Assembly: GCF_009914755.1 (NCBI RefSeq)
Contig: NC_060947.1
Direction: 5' to 3' (one strand)
DNA length: 64,000 nt
DNA from: the human T2T-CHM13v2.0 reference genome, Homo sapiens
Shown in pieces: positions 25,800-41,779 of this stretch. The notes under the pieces were generated by a model, which was not told where the DNA came from, did no database searches, and saw only the letters and a list, made by a program, of their open reading frames with translations. The first letter of the stretch is position 1; every line of letters begins with the position of its first letter. Both the position numbers and the translations under genes were made by a program.

Positions 25800-26560
25800 G
25801 TAGTATTTACTTATTCATTTAATCCATATTTATTACCACATATTATGTGCCAGGTACTTAACTAGGTGCTGGAGAACTGCAATGAATAAGACATACTTGG
25901 CTTCTGCCTTTACAGATATTATAGTCTAGTAAGTGAAGACAAACAAGCTTTCTGTAAAGAATGTCATTAGCATTTTTGTAGAGATTGCATTTAATCTGCA
26001 GACTACCTTTGGGTAGTGTGAACATTTTAATAATATTGATTCTTCCAATCCATGAACATAGAATATCATTGCAAGTTTTTGTGTCCTCTTTGATTTCTTT
26101 CCTCAGTGTTTTACAGTTTTCATTATAGAGGTCTTTCATTTCTTCGGTTGGATTAATTCCTAGGTTTAAAAATTATATTTGTAGCTATTGTAAATGGGAT
26201 TACATTCTGATAAACAGAAAATTAATGAAAAAACAATCAGTATGATACAAACTGTAAAATGTGTTATGAAGGAAACGTAGGATATAGTGAAAAAGGATGA
26301 CTAGAGGAGGCCACACAGGGTGGTCTGGCCTCTGTGAGATGATTACATTTGAGTTGAGATCTAAAAGATAAAAAGGAACCAACAAAGACAAAAGTTTGGA
26401 GCAGGGATAGTGTTCCAGGAAGGAAGATAAGTGCAAGACCCTGAAGAGAGAATGCATTTGGCATGTTGGGAGGATTTAAGGGTAATGCAAATGTGGTGAA
26501 CAAGGGGAAGAGTAGGAGAGGAATTCAGAAAGGTAAGAAGGATCTTTTAACAAATAAGGA
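25800..26560 (-). mobile_element. L2 fragment interrupted by an inverted local duplication
   Basis: 'tattatgtgccaggtacttaactaggtgctggagaactgcaatgaataagaca' continues after 26208 as 'gatgattacatttgagttgagatctaaaag...gtgcaagaccctgaag'. Confidence 0.75.
25949..26208 (-). repeat. 260-bp inverted copy of 21966-22225 (L1 ORF2 segment)
   Basis: Manual alignment gives about 10 mismatches in 260 bp and no indels; ORFs 22035(+) and 26139(-) translate almost identically. Confidence 0.95.
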
Positions 26561-26734
26561 ATGTATAATAAAATATGCATTTATTAATAAATTTCTTTAT
26601 TTGATTTTAAATGTCTCTCCTCAATCTACACTTTGGGACTTTTACTAAAGTCCCGAATTTCATCCTCATTCCACATATTGGGACTTTTATCCTTTCAGCA
26701 TAGGGCAGATGCACTTTGTGTGTTTGCATGAAAC

Positions 26735-26900
26735 TTTATGAACACTGAAATTTGAATTTTATATAATTCTCATGTTTCGCAAAATAGTGTTTTTCTTTTG
26801 AAATTTTTAATCATTAAAAAATTTTAAAACCGTTATTACCTTGCAGGCACTACAAGAACAGGTGGCAGAATTTGGCCAATACATTATATCATGCAGGACC
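26735..26900. mobile_element. MER58-like hAT-Charlie fragment
   Basis: 'gaacactgaaatttgaattttatataattctcatg...acaggtggcagaatttggcc'. Confidence 0.55.
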
Positions 26901-26954
26901 CCTTGTGTCCTCATTTGTATAATAGGCCTCTTTTGATGAAGGGAATGGCTGACT

Positions 26955-28620
<1,666 letters not shown>

Positions 28621-30287
28621 AAATGTAGGTAGAGTTAACTGTCCTTTCTACCCCTTGCAATGCATCCTTCGTGTGTGTGTGTGTGTGTGCTCCACAAAAG
28701 TGCTATAATCTCTCAGTGACTTCCCTATCTCTTGTAATTGTATTTTCATGCATAGATAATTGTTCAAATGGATGTTTTGTGAGAAAATTAGCACTGGAAA
28801 CTCCTATTCCGCCGTCTTGCTTGTGAATGCACTTTTATTATGTGTACTGGCTAAAGTTGACTTAAATTTTATTCTGAATGTTAAAGGGTAGCCATTGGAA
28901 GGTATAAAGAAAGGGGGAGATATTATTTGATTTATGTTTTAAGATCACTTGCACTGCTAAGTAGAGTTGAAATTGTGGGAGACGAGAGTAGAAGCAGGGA
29001 GACCTTTTGGAAGGGAATTGCACCAGTCCAGGAGCCTCTTTATATAGTAAGGACAAGGAGAGCTCTATCATTTTCCAGAGATGACTATTATTTGTGCTGG
29101 ATTGGCTGGGTTTTTTTGGTCTACGTTATAATTATGGGCTGTCCTTCCATGGTAGAAGGCATTGATGATCTGATGGTTGGAGTGGTTCAAAGGGGGCATT
29201 CTGCTTTGCTTTCTCACTCTCTCTTACATTCTCTCTCTCTCTATATATATATAGATATACATGTAGAAAGATAGACACACAGACATGTTTCTGTCTTTCC
29301 CTCTCCTTTTTCTCCTTGCCTTCTGTGTTTCCATTCTCATTTTGATTTGTCCTCAATCCCATATAAGTAGTATTTCCGTTTTGTGGCTTTTCAATTACCC
29401 TCTTAACTATGAAAAATGTAGGGAACATTATCCAATATTTGTATTTGGAAGATCTCACCACTATGGTTTCTAGTTTCCCTTCTGCAGACATACAGACATA
29501 TGTACAAGTTGATGTTTTTCCGTCTTTTAACAATTAGTGTGGAAAAGGCTGCATTTCAAAGAACAGGTAACCTTCTTTTAAAAATTTTGTGTATACTCGT
29601 TATTTTCTTTACAAAAATCTCATCAGGAGGAAATGTATGCCAGCACATGTTTTCTGATTTCTTTTTTTGTTATTGAAAAGTATAGTTTATGTACCATAAA
29701 ATTCACCCATTTTAAGTTTGATGAGTTTTGGTGAAAGTAGCCACAACCAGTTTGAAATTTTTGAGCACTTTCATCATAGTGAAGTCTTCAGGAGGATGTC
29801 TTTGAAGACCACATGCCTCATTGTTTTACATTTTTTAAAGGAAACTTAGATGCATACCTAGAAACAACCTGAGTTTTTATTATTAAAAAACTCATGCTTA
29901 GGTTAAGCTGAAATTGCCTCCCTATAACTTTTGTCCTGGTCCCGTACTTTGTCTCACATTGTAATAGTAAGGACAGGCAGCAATATAAATAAGAGCATAT
30001 AAATGTTATCAGTTCTAGGAGATAAACATATTAAGGATATAGTGAGGTTACAAAGAAGGCAATCATATATCTACAGAGGCAAAGAGGGGTATGGCTTAAG
30101 GAATGTTTGGATCTGTCTTAAAAGATAAAAATTGGACTTGGGTAGACTGCAGACTTGGCATATTTTATACAGAGGACACATGATAACCAAGACAAAGAGT
30201 AATGATATAATTTGGCTTAGTTCAAGAACTTGTAATCAGTTCCATAAATCTGAAGCATATAGGGCGAGAGAGAGAGAGAGAGATGTG

Positions 30288-30654
30288 CAGTAATCCCTTG
30301 TTATCCAGTTTTACTTTGGGCAGTTTCAGTTCTCATGGTCAACCATGGTCTGAAAATATTAAGTGGAAAATTCCAGTAATAAAAAATTCATAAGTTTTAA
30401 ATTGCATACTGTTTGGAGTGGTGTGATGAAATCTTGCACCATCCCACTCTATCCTTCCTGGGATGTGAATCATCTCTTTGCCCAGCTTATCCATGCTGTG
30501 CACGCTACCTGCATCCTAGTTGCTTAACAGCTTTCTCAGTTCTCAGAACGAGAAAAGTAAAACATAGTATGTATGAAGTTTGGTACTATCCATGGTTTCA
30601 GGCATCCACTGGGGGTCTTGGTACATATCCCACATGGATACAGAGGCACTCCTG
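30288..30654. mobile_element. MER2-like Tigger DNA transposon
   Basis: TIR-like ends 'cagtaatcccttgttatcc' and 'ggatacagaggcactcctg|ta'; internal 'ggtctgaaaatattaagtggaaaattccag' and 'caggcatccactgggggtcttgg'. Confidence 0.85.
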
Positions 30655-30659
30655 TAGGG

Positions 30660-31100
30660 AAATATAAAAAGGGAGGATGCCAAATCACAGAAGACTTTGT
30701 ATGTTTTGATTGGTACCTTGTACTATCTTTATAGATAATAGATAGACATTGATGAATTTTCAGCAATTGGTATGGCCAGCTTTAATAAGATTACTCTTTG
30801 TGAAGCAGCAATATAAAGGCTGTAATGGAAGGACTGAAGCTGAGGTCAGAAAGACTGATTAGGAAAACACTGCAGTGATCTTGCAAGATATGGCTTCCAA
30901 AACAAAAAAGCAAATGCTGTGGGAATGGAGAAGAAGGGTTAGTTTTGAGAGACGTTTTGAAGTTGATTCAACAGGATTTGATGACAAACTGGATATGGGA
31001 GGTGAGTGAGAGAGAAGTTAAAAATGACTCCCAGATTTTTGACTATGTGTAGGTCTGCCATTCACTGAGATGGGAATACCAGGAAATAGAGTAGGTTCTG
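30660..31100 (-). mobile_element. L2 fragments
   Basis: 'ttcaacaggatttgatgacaaactggatatgggaggtgagtgagagagaagttaaaaatgactcccagatttttgac...ttcactgagatgggaa'. Confidence 0.65.
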
Positions 31101-32082
31101 TGATGCTTCTTTGTCAATATTTATCAATTTAGAAATAGTATAGGCCACCAGAAAGGGCTATTTAGAGCTTGAACAGGGCCAAGGCAGAAAAAGTTTTAAG
31201 GTGCTAGTTAGTATACCATTGAAGTTAGTCTACCATTTAAGTGACTGCAGGCCAGAAAGGAGGCAAGTGAGGCTTTGAATGGGCTGATGGATCGAGAGAA
31301 CACATATGTGCTGAGGAACTGGAAATCAGTATAAGGATGAAAAGGAGTTTCAGTGGGGAAAGATCAGTGGGAGAAGTCAAGAGGTCAGAATGATAGGACT
31401 ATGTAAGAATTGTTTCAGGCAATAAGAAAATAAACTCACATTTACTGAGTGCTTGTTGTGAGTCACATGCCACAAGTGTTACCTCATTTAATACTCAGGT
31501 CAGACATCAACTTCGCTGAGCTTCAGGTAATTAATGTCTCAGATGGGGACAATATGATCACACATAGGGAATAGAGGAGGGTAAGGTTTGGAGATAGGAT
31601 TGGGAGAACAATTAATTTAATTTGGGTCATGTTGAGTTTGAGAGGCATCTGTGTTCTGACAGGTCAGTATAAACTGATACATGCAGTGACATCCATTCTG
31701 ATTGGTCAGTGCATGTACCTTATCAATTAAATATTCTGAATATTGCACCTTTTCCTGGTCTATTCACCGTGCATAATTTGATGCCACCGTGGTAAAGGAC
31801 AAATGACTATAGATCCTGTATTTTAGGTCCTGCTTAATGATTCCTGGGCTAAGAGACATGGTTAAATCAATTGTCCCTAATGCAACTAAAGCCTGGTTCC
31901 TCACTTTGTGCCCTAAAAGGAGGCATTATGGATGATGTGTGGACAGAGTATGCACTTTGTGCACAAATTATGTACCTAATAAGTGTGCGAACTGTTATTT
32001 GCCTTAAAATCTTAGGCTTCTCCCCCCCTCCATAGCATATGACCTCCTTTTACCGTTTGAAGTCTGAGGTAAAATTATTTTA

Positions 32083-32385
<303 letters not shown>

Positions 32386-33539
32386 TTATTTTAAGTAATA
32401 CCAACGTTCAAAAGTAGGTGGTTCAGGGGATACTGTAATCCACTTTAGTTCTCTGGACAAGAAAATAGGTTCTAAAGAACAACAGAAAGTTTAGTGGTCA
32501 CAGTTTGTGAACTGAAGTGCTTAATTAGGGCTACACTATTGGCAGCAGTGTATACATATTCACATGCCACTGCTTTTATGAAACCCCAACTCCTCAGGAT
32601 ACTTTCATTTCAGTCTTTTTTCTTTTGAAAATATCAAACAACAAATTGAAAATATGAGAGAAAGAAGTCTATATTTTGGTGGTATTAACCTTTCCTTCTA
32701 AGACGAGGAAATTACCTTGAAGAAACATTTCCTTCTTGCACAAGGATTATCACCAAAATTATGATTGGAATTCAATTTCTAGTAAGGTAAACAAGGATAT
32801 TTCTAGAAGTTACTGCAGAGCATGGAACAATGAATTAACCTCAAATTCACCATCTTTCCCACAGCCTTCTTTGGGTGGAATCTTGGAAAGCATAAAGCAC
32901 TGTGGAGAAGGGATGGACAGATGGGCTATGGAGCACTGTGGAAATGCTGCACAGGCCGAACAATGACAACAATGTATACTTACTAGAAACAGGAAAAGAC
33001 TGGGAACAGGCAGAACAATACTGTACCCTGAAGCAGACATCCTTCCTTTGCTCCACCCACCTATTCAGGTGAAAGCAGCTAAGCTAAGTTTGAGGGTAGC
33101 ACAGCTTTTGGAATACTTGGAGGCTCTGGGCTTTAGGGCTTTTTTTCTGGCTTTGTTATTTTGGTGGGACTTGGTGAAAGAAGAGCAAGAAGGGCCATAA
33201 TGGAATCCAGAGGACAGGAAGTAAGAGCTGGCTGATTTGAGAATGATAGTGACTCTAGGTCACCAAGTTCATATTACTGAGGAAGGAAAGCAAGCAGGGA
33301 TTCAGTAGAGATACTCTCCAGGAATAAAGAATGTGCATTTTCCTGGTATTCTCCTCAGAGTGATATATTAAAGCAAGTTAAGCAGGGCAGGAGAGTTTTA
33401 AAACCTAACATTAATGTTTTGTAGTACATTTGTGAACCATTGGTGTCAAGGGGTTCTGGTGTCTTACTTCTACAACCAACGTCATCTCAAGTCCTATCAA
33501 TTAAGGTCAGAGGCCATAGAGCTTTCTGTAGTCAGGCTG

Positions 33540-33990
33540 TACCACAGCTTCTCCTAAGACTATCTTAAAACTCTTAAATCTGTCCTATTTACTCTGTCTC
33601 CACTGCCTCTTTCCTAGGTCAGGCTGTCATTATTTCACTCACGATTTATTGTAATATCCTTCTAACTGATCCTTCTGCCTCTAACCTGATTTCTTCCAAT
33701 GTTACTCTACATTGGCTGTCAGAATAATTTTTCTAAAATGGAGATAGCATAGCTATTAAAATGGTTAAAATTGGGGGTTCTGGGGTTGGTCTACTAGAGC
33801 TAGTATCTTAGCTCAACCACTTACCTTGAATAAGTTGCCTAACCTCCCTTTCAACCATCACATTTGTAAAATGAGGATTGTAATATTATCACCCCCACAG
33901 AGTTAAGTGAGAATTAAAAGAATCAATTTCAACAATTTAAAACAGTGTCTTACACAGCAAAAATGTTCTATATGAAAGCTATTGTTATAT
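33540..33990 (+). mobile_element. L2 fragment (about 33540-33740) followed by MIR (about 33750-33990)
   Basis: L2 'tccactgcctctttcctaggtcaggctgtcatt...cagaataatttttctaaaatg'; MIR 'catttgtaaaatgaggattgtaatatt...gtgagaattaaaag'. Confidence 0.65.
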
Positions 33991-34026
33991 TAAAAATCTG
34001 ACAATGCAACTTTTCTGTCTCCCTGT

Positions 34027-34311
34027 CAGAGGTCACAAATATAAATGCTTACAGTGCTATTCATTCATGTAAGGTAAATGAATGAAGTAGGCAGGCAAAT
34101 GCATTATTCATCTAAAGGGGACAGCCTATACTTATCACACAAAGTTGAGGTTTTAGCTTTGCCAGATCTTATTTTTCAAGTCAACGTGGAAATCTATGTT
34201 GTTGTCATATAACTTTTTATTAGTGTTTTTTAAATCTGTGGTAGAAAAAGTATCCTACCTAAAATTAGAAAACTACTTTCTGGCTCATGGGTCTCCAGTT
34301 TGCAACCTCTG
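34027..34311. mobile_element. hAT-Charlie MITE (MER102-like)
   Basis: Inverted termini 'cagaggtcacaaat' and 'agtttgcaacctctg'. Confidence 0.6.
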
Positions 34312-34379
34312 AGTGATTAAAATCCAAATTCCTTAATATTGAATTTGATACCTTACTTTTTATTCCATTTTTATATTTT

Positions 34380-34520
34380 TTGTAGGTGATGGATATTTTT
34401 ATTACTTTGTGGTGATGGAATCATGTGTATGCATATTTCTAAACTTATTAAAATTCTATATATTAAATATGCTCAGTTTTCTGTACTGAATTATACCTAA
34501 ATAAAGCTGATTATAAAAGA
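34380..34520 (+). mobile_element. L1ME/MC 3' end fragment
   Basis: 'ggtgatggatatttttattactttgtggtgatgg...ttatacctaaataaagctg'. Confidence 0.6.
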
Positions 34521-35159
34521 ACAGAAAAGGAATAGGTTAACCATTTTGTTTCTAAGCTACTCCACATGGTTTTCCAAGTACAGTCTAATTTCATCCACAT
34601 CAAAGCCTTACCTAACTAATGCCACCAACTTCATCTCTTAGTATTATTCAAGAATTATACTTCATTCTACTCAGAACAATTTCAATATCCTGCAAACATA
34701 CTGCTCTACTCCATGTCATACTTACAATTACTTTACTCCAATTATTTAGAAATACCATTTCTATTTGTGGTTGATAATAACTTCCTACACATAGTCTTGC
34801 CTAAATTTTTAAATAAATAGCTTTAATGGTACAAGTGGGTTTTGGTTACATGCATTAATTATATAGTGGTGAAATCTGGGCTTTTTGTGTACCTGTCAAA
34901 TGGATAGTGTACACTGTATGCAACAGGTGACATTTTATCCCTAGCTCTCTTCCAGTATCCCCCGTTCTGTGGCTTCATTGTCTATTATACCACTCTGTAT
35001 GCCTTTGTGTACCCATGGCTTAGCTCTCACTTATAAGTAAAAACATGTGATATTTTGTTTTCCAGTCCTGTGTAATTACACTTGGGATAATGGTTTCCAG
35101 TTCCACCCAAGTTACTACCAAATTCATTATTTCATTCTTCTTTATGGCTGTGTAGTATT

Positions 35160-35275
35160 CTATGGTATATGTGTATATATAATGATATATATATATATGG
35201 TGTGTATATATATAATGATATGGTATATGTGTATATATAATCTATGGTATATGTGTATATATAATATATATATTA
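35160..35275. repeat. AT-rich (TA)n/TATGGTATATGTG low-complexity tract
   Basis: Repeated 'tatggtatatgtgtatatataa' units. Confidence 0.85.
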
Positions 35276-35294
35276 AGGAATTTGGATTTGTTTT

Positions 35295-37807
35295 TTTCTT
35301 CTCTTCAACTTTTTAAGTTCTGGGCTACATGTGCAGGATGTGCAGGTTTGTTACATAGGTAAACGTGTGCCAGGGTGGTTTGGGGCCCAGATCAATGCAT
35401 CACCCAGGTATTAAGCCCAGCATCCATTTACTATTTTTCCTGATGCTCTCCCTCTACCCGCTCACCTAACAGGTCCCCACGTTTCCGAGTGTTCTCATCA
35501 TTCAGCTCCCACTTATAAGTGAGAACATATGGTATTTGGCTTTCTGTTCCTGCATTAGTTTGCTGAGGATAATGGCTTCCAACTCCATCCATGATCCCTG
35601 CAAAGGACATGATCTCATTCCTTTTTGTGGCTGTATAGTAGTCTATGGTGTATATGTACATGGTGTATATGTATCACATTTTCTTTACCCAGTCTATCAT
35701 TGATGGGCATTTGTGTTGATTGCATGTCTTTGCTATTATGAATAGTGCTGCAATGAACATATGAGTGCATGTATCTTTATAACAGAATGGTCTATATTCC
35801 TTTGGGTATATAACCAGTAATGGGATTGCAGGGTCAAAATGGTATTTCTGCTTCTAGATCTTTGAGGAATCGCCACACTCTCTTCCACAATGGTTGAACT
35901 AATTTACATTCCCACCAAGAGTGTAAAAGTGTTATTTTTTCTCCACGACCTTGCTAGTATCTGTTGTTTCTTGACTTTTAATCGCCATTCTGACTGTTGT
36001 GAGATGGTATCTCACTGTAGTTCTCATTTGCATTTCTCTAATGATCAGTGATGTTGAGATTTTTTTTCATATGTTTCTTGGTTGCAGGAATGTCTTCTTT
36101 TGAGAAGTGTCTGTTCATGTTATTTGCCCAATTTTTAATGGGATTGTTTGCTTTTTTTTTTGAAAATTTGTTTAAGTTCCTTGTAGATTCTGGATATTAC
36201 ACCTTTGTCAGATAAATAGATTGCAAAATTGTTTTCCCATACTGTAGATTGTCTGTTCACACTGATGATAGTTTCTTTTGCTGTGCAGAAGCTTTTTAAT
36301 ATAATTAGATCTTATTCATCAATTTTTGCTTTTGTCGCAATTGCTCTTGATGTTTTCGTCATTAAATATTTGTCTGTGCCTATGTCCTGAATGGTATTGC
36401 CTAGATTTTCTTCTAGGACTTTTATAGTTTTTGTTTTTACATTTAAATCTTTAATCCATCTTGAATCAATTTTTGTGTAAGGTGTAAGCAATTTTTAATT
36501 CTTTAATTTTCTGCATATGGCTACCACATTCTCCCAGCACCATTTATTAAATAGGGTGTCTTTAACCCATTGCTTGTTATTGTCAGGTTTGTCAAAGATC
36601 AGAATGGTAGTAGATGTTCTGTCTTATTTCTGAATTCTCTATTCTGTTCCATTGGTCAATGTGTCTGTTTTTGTACCAGTACCATGCTGTTTGGTTACTG
36701 CAGCCTTGTAGTATAGTTTGAAGTCAGGTAGCATGATGCCTCCAGCTTTGTTCTTTTCACTTAGGATTCCTTTGGCTATTCAGCGTCTTTTTTGGTTCCA
36801 TAAGAATTTTAAAAGGTTTTTTTTTTTTCTAATTTTGTGAAAAATGTCAATGGTAGTATAATGGGAAGAGCATTGAATCTATAAATTACCTTGGGCAGTA
36901 TGGACATTTTCACAATATCAGTTCTTCCTATTCAGGAGCATGGAATGTTTTTTTCATTTGTTTGTGTCCTCTCTGATTTCCTTGAGCAGTGGTTTGTAGT
37001 TCCCCTTCAAGAGGTCCTTCGCTTTCCTTGTTAGCTTTATTCCTGGGTATTATATTCTTTTTGTGGGAATTGTGAATGGGGGATTATTCAGGATTTGGCT
37101 CTCTGCTTGCGTGTTGTTGGTGTATAGCAGTGGTAGTGATTTTTGCACATTGCTTTTGTATTTTTGTATTTCAGATTTTGCTGAAGTTGCTTATCAGATT
37201 AAGAAGCTTTTGGGCTGAGATGATGCGGTTTTCTAGATATAGGATCACTTCATCTGCAAACAAAGATGATTTGACTTCCTCTCTTTATATTCGAATACCT
37301 TTATTTCTTTCTCTTCCTGATTGCCCTGGCCAAAACTTCCAATACTATGTTGAACAGCATTGGTGAGAGAGTGCATTCTTGACTTGTGCCAGTTTTCAAG
37401 GTGAGTGCTTCCAGCTTTTGCCTATTCGGTGTGATATTGTCTGTGGATTTGTCATAAATGGCTCTTATAAATTTGAGATATGTTCTTTCAAAACCTACTT
37501 TATTGAGAGTTTTTAACATGAATAGATGTTAATTTTTATCAAAGGTTTATTCTGCATCATAATCATATGGTTTTTCTATTTAGTTCTGTTTATGTGAGGA
37601 ATTACATTTATTGATTTGTGTATGTTGAACCAACCTTGCATCCTGAGGATGAAGCCAAATTGATCATGGTGGATAAGGTTGTGCCTAGTCAGTCCCAGTA
37701 TGAGAACCTGGATATTTTAGCTGAAGATGTTTAATTCACTTGCAACTTTCATTCTTCTCTGTGAGTGCTGCAGACCGCAGCTGCTTCCAATTGACCATCT
37801 TGACCTC
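35295..37807 (-). mobile_element. L1PA13-like element with a large internal deletion (about 125 nt of 5' end fused to mid-ORF2)
   Basis: 3' UTR 'caactttttaagttctgggctacatgtgcagg'; ORF2 runs to 37680; 37681-37807 is an L1 5' terminus (reverse complement 'GAGGTCAAGATGGTCAATTGGAAGCAGCTGCGG'), homologous to 59440-59570. Confidence 0.85.
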
Positions 37808-38944
37808 ATGTATCTTCTTTTGAGAAATGTTTTTTCACGTTATTTGCCCACTTTAATGAGATTATTTGATTTTTTCAACTTTTATTTTAGGTTCACAGAG
37901 TTAATGTACAAGTTGGTTACATGGGTAAATTGCATGTCATGGGAGTTTTGTGTATACATTATTTTGGCACTCAGGTAATGAGTATAGCACCAGATACATA
38001 GCTTTCTGATCCTCATCTTCTCCCAGCCATCACTCTCAAATAACATGTAGTATCTGGTTTTCTGTTTTCTCTTAATTTGCTTATGATTTTGGCCTCCAAT
38101 TCCATCCAAGTTTCTGCAAGGGGCATGATTTTGTTCTTTTTTAATGCCTGCATAGTATTCCATATTATATATGTACCATATTTTCTTAGTCCACCATTGA
38201 TGAGCATCTTGGTTGATTCCATGTTTTTGCTATTGTGAAGAGTGCTACGATGAACATGTGTATGTATGTATTTTTATGGTAGAATGATTTCTATTCCTTT
38301 GGGTACATACCTAGTAATGAGGCTGCTGGGTCAAATGGTAGTTCTGTTTGAAGTTTCTTTTTTTTTTTCATTTTAATTTTATTTTTTTATTATAATTTCA
38401 GTTTTAGAGTACATGTGCACAATGTGCAGCTTTGTTACATATGTATACATGTGCCATGTTGGTGTACTGCACCCATTAACACTTCATTTAACATTAGGTA
38501 TATCTCCTAATGCTATACCTCCCCCCTCCCCCAACCCCACAACAGGCCCCGGGGTGTGATGTTCCCCTTCCTGTGTCCATGTGTTCTCATTGTTCAACTC
38601 CCACCCATGAGGGAGAACATGTGGTGTTTGGTTTTTTGTCCTTGCAATAGTTTGCTGAGAATGATGGTTTCCAGCTTCATCCATGTCCCTACAAAGGACA
38701 TGAACTCATCATTTTTTATGGCTGCATAGTATTCCATGGTGTATATGTGCCACATTTTCTTAATCCAGTCTATCATTGTTGGACATTTAGGTTGGATCCA
38801 AGGCTTTGCTATTGTGAATAGTGCCGCAATAAACATACATGTGCATGTGTCTTTATAGCAGCATGTTTTATAATCCTTTGGATATATACCCAGTAATGGG
38901 ATGGCTGGGTCAAATTGTATTTCTAGTTCAAGATCCCTGAGGAA

Positions 38945-41759
<2,815 letters not shown>

Positions 41760-41779
41760 TTAGAGTTTCCAGTTTTTCT

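Noticed and set aside
35160-35275. Repeat-spacer array (CRISPR-like)
   Set aside because: Degenerate TA-rich tandem expansion of L1 3' UTR sequence with no unique spacers, in a eukaryotic context.
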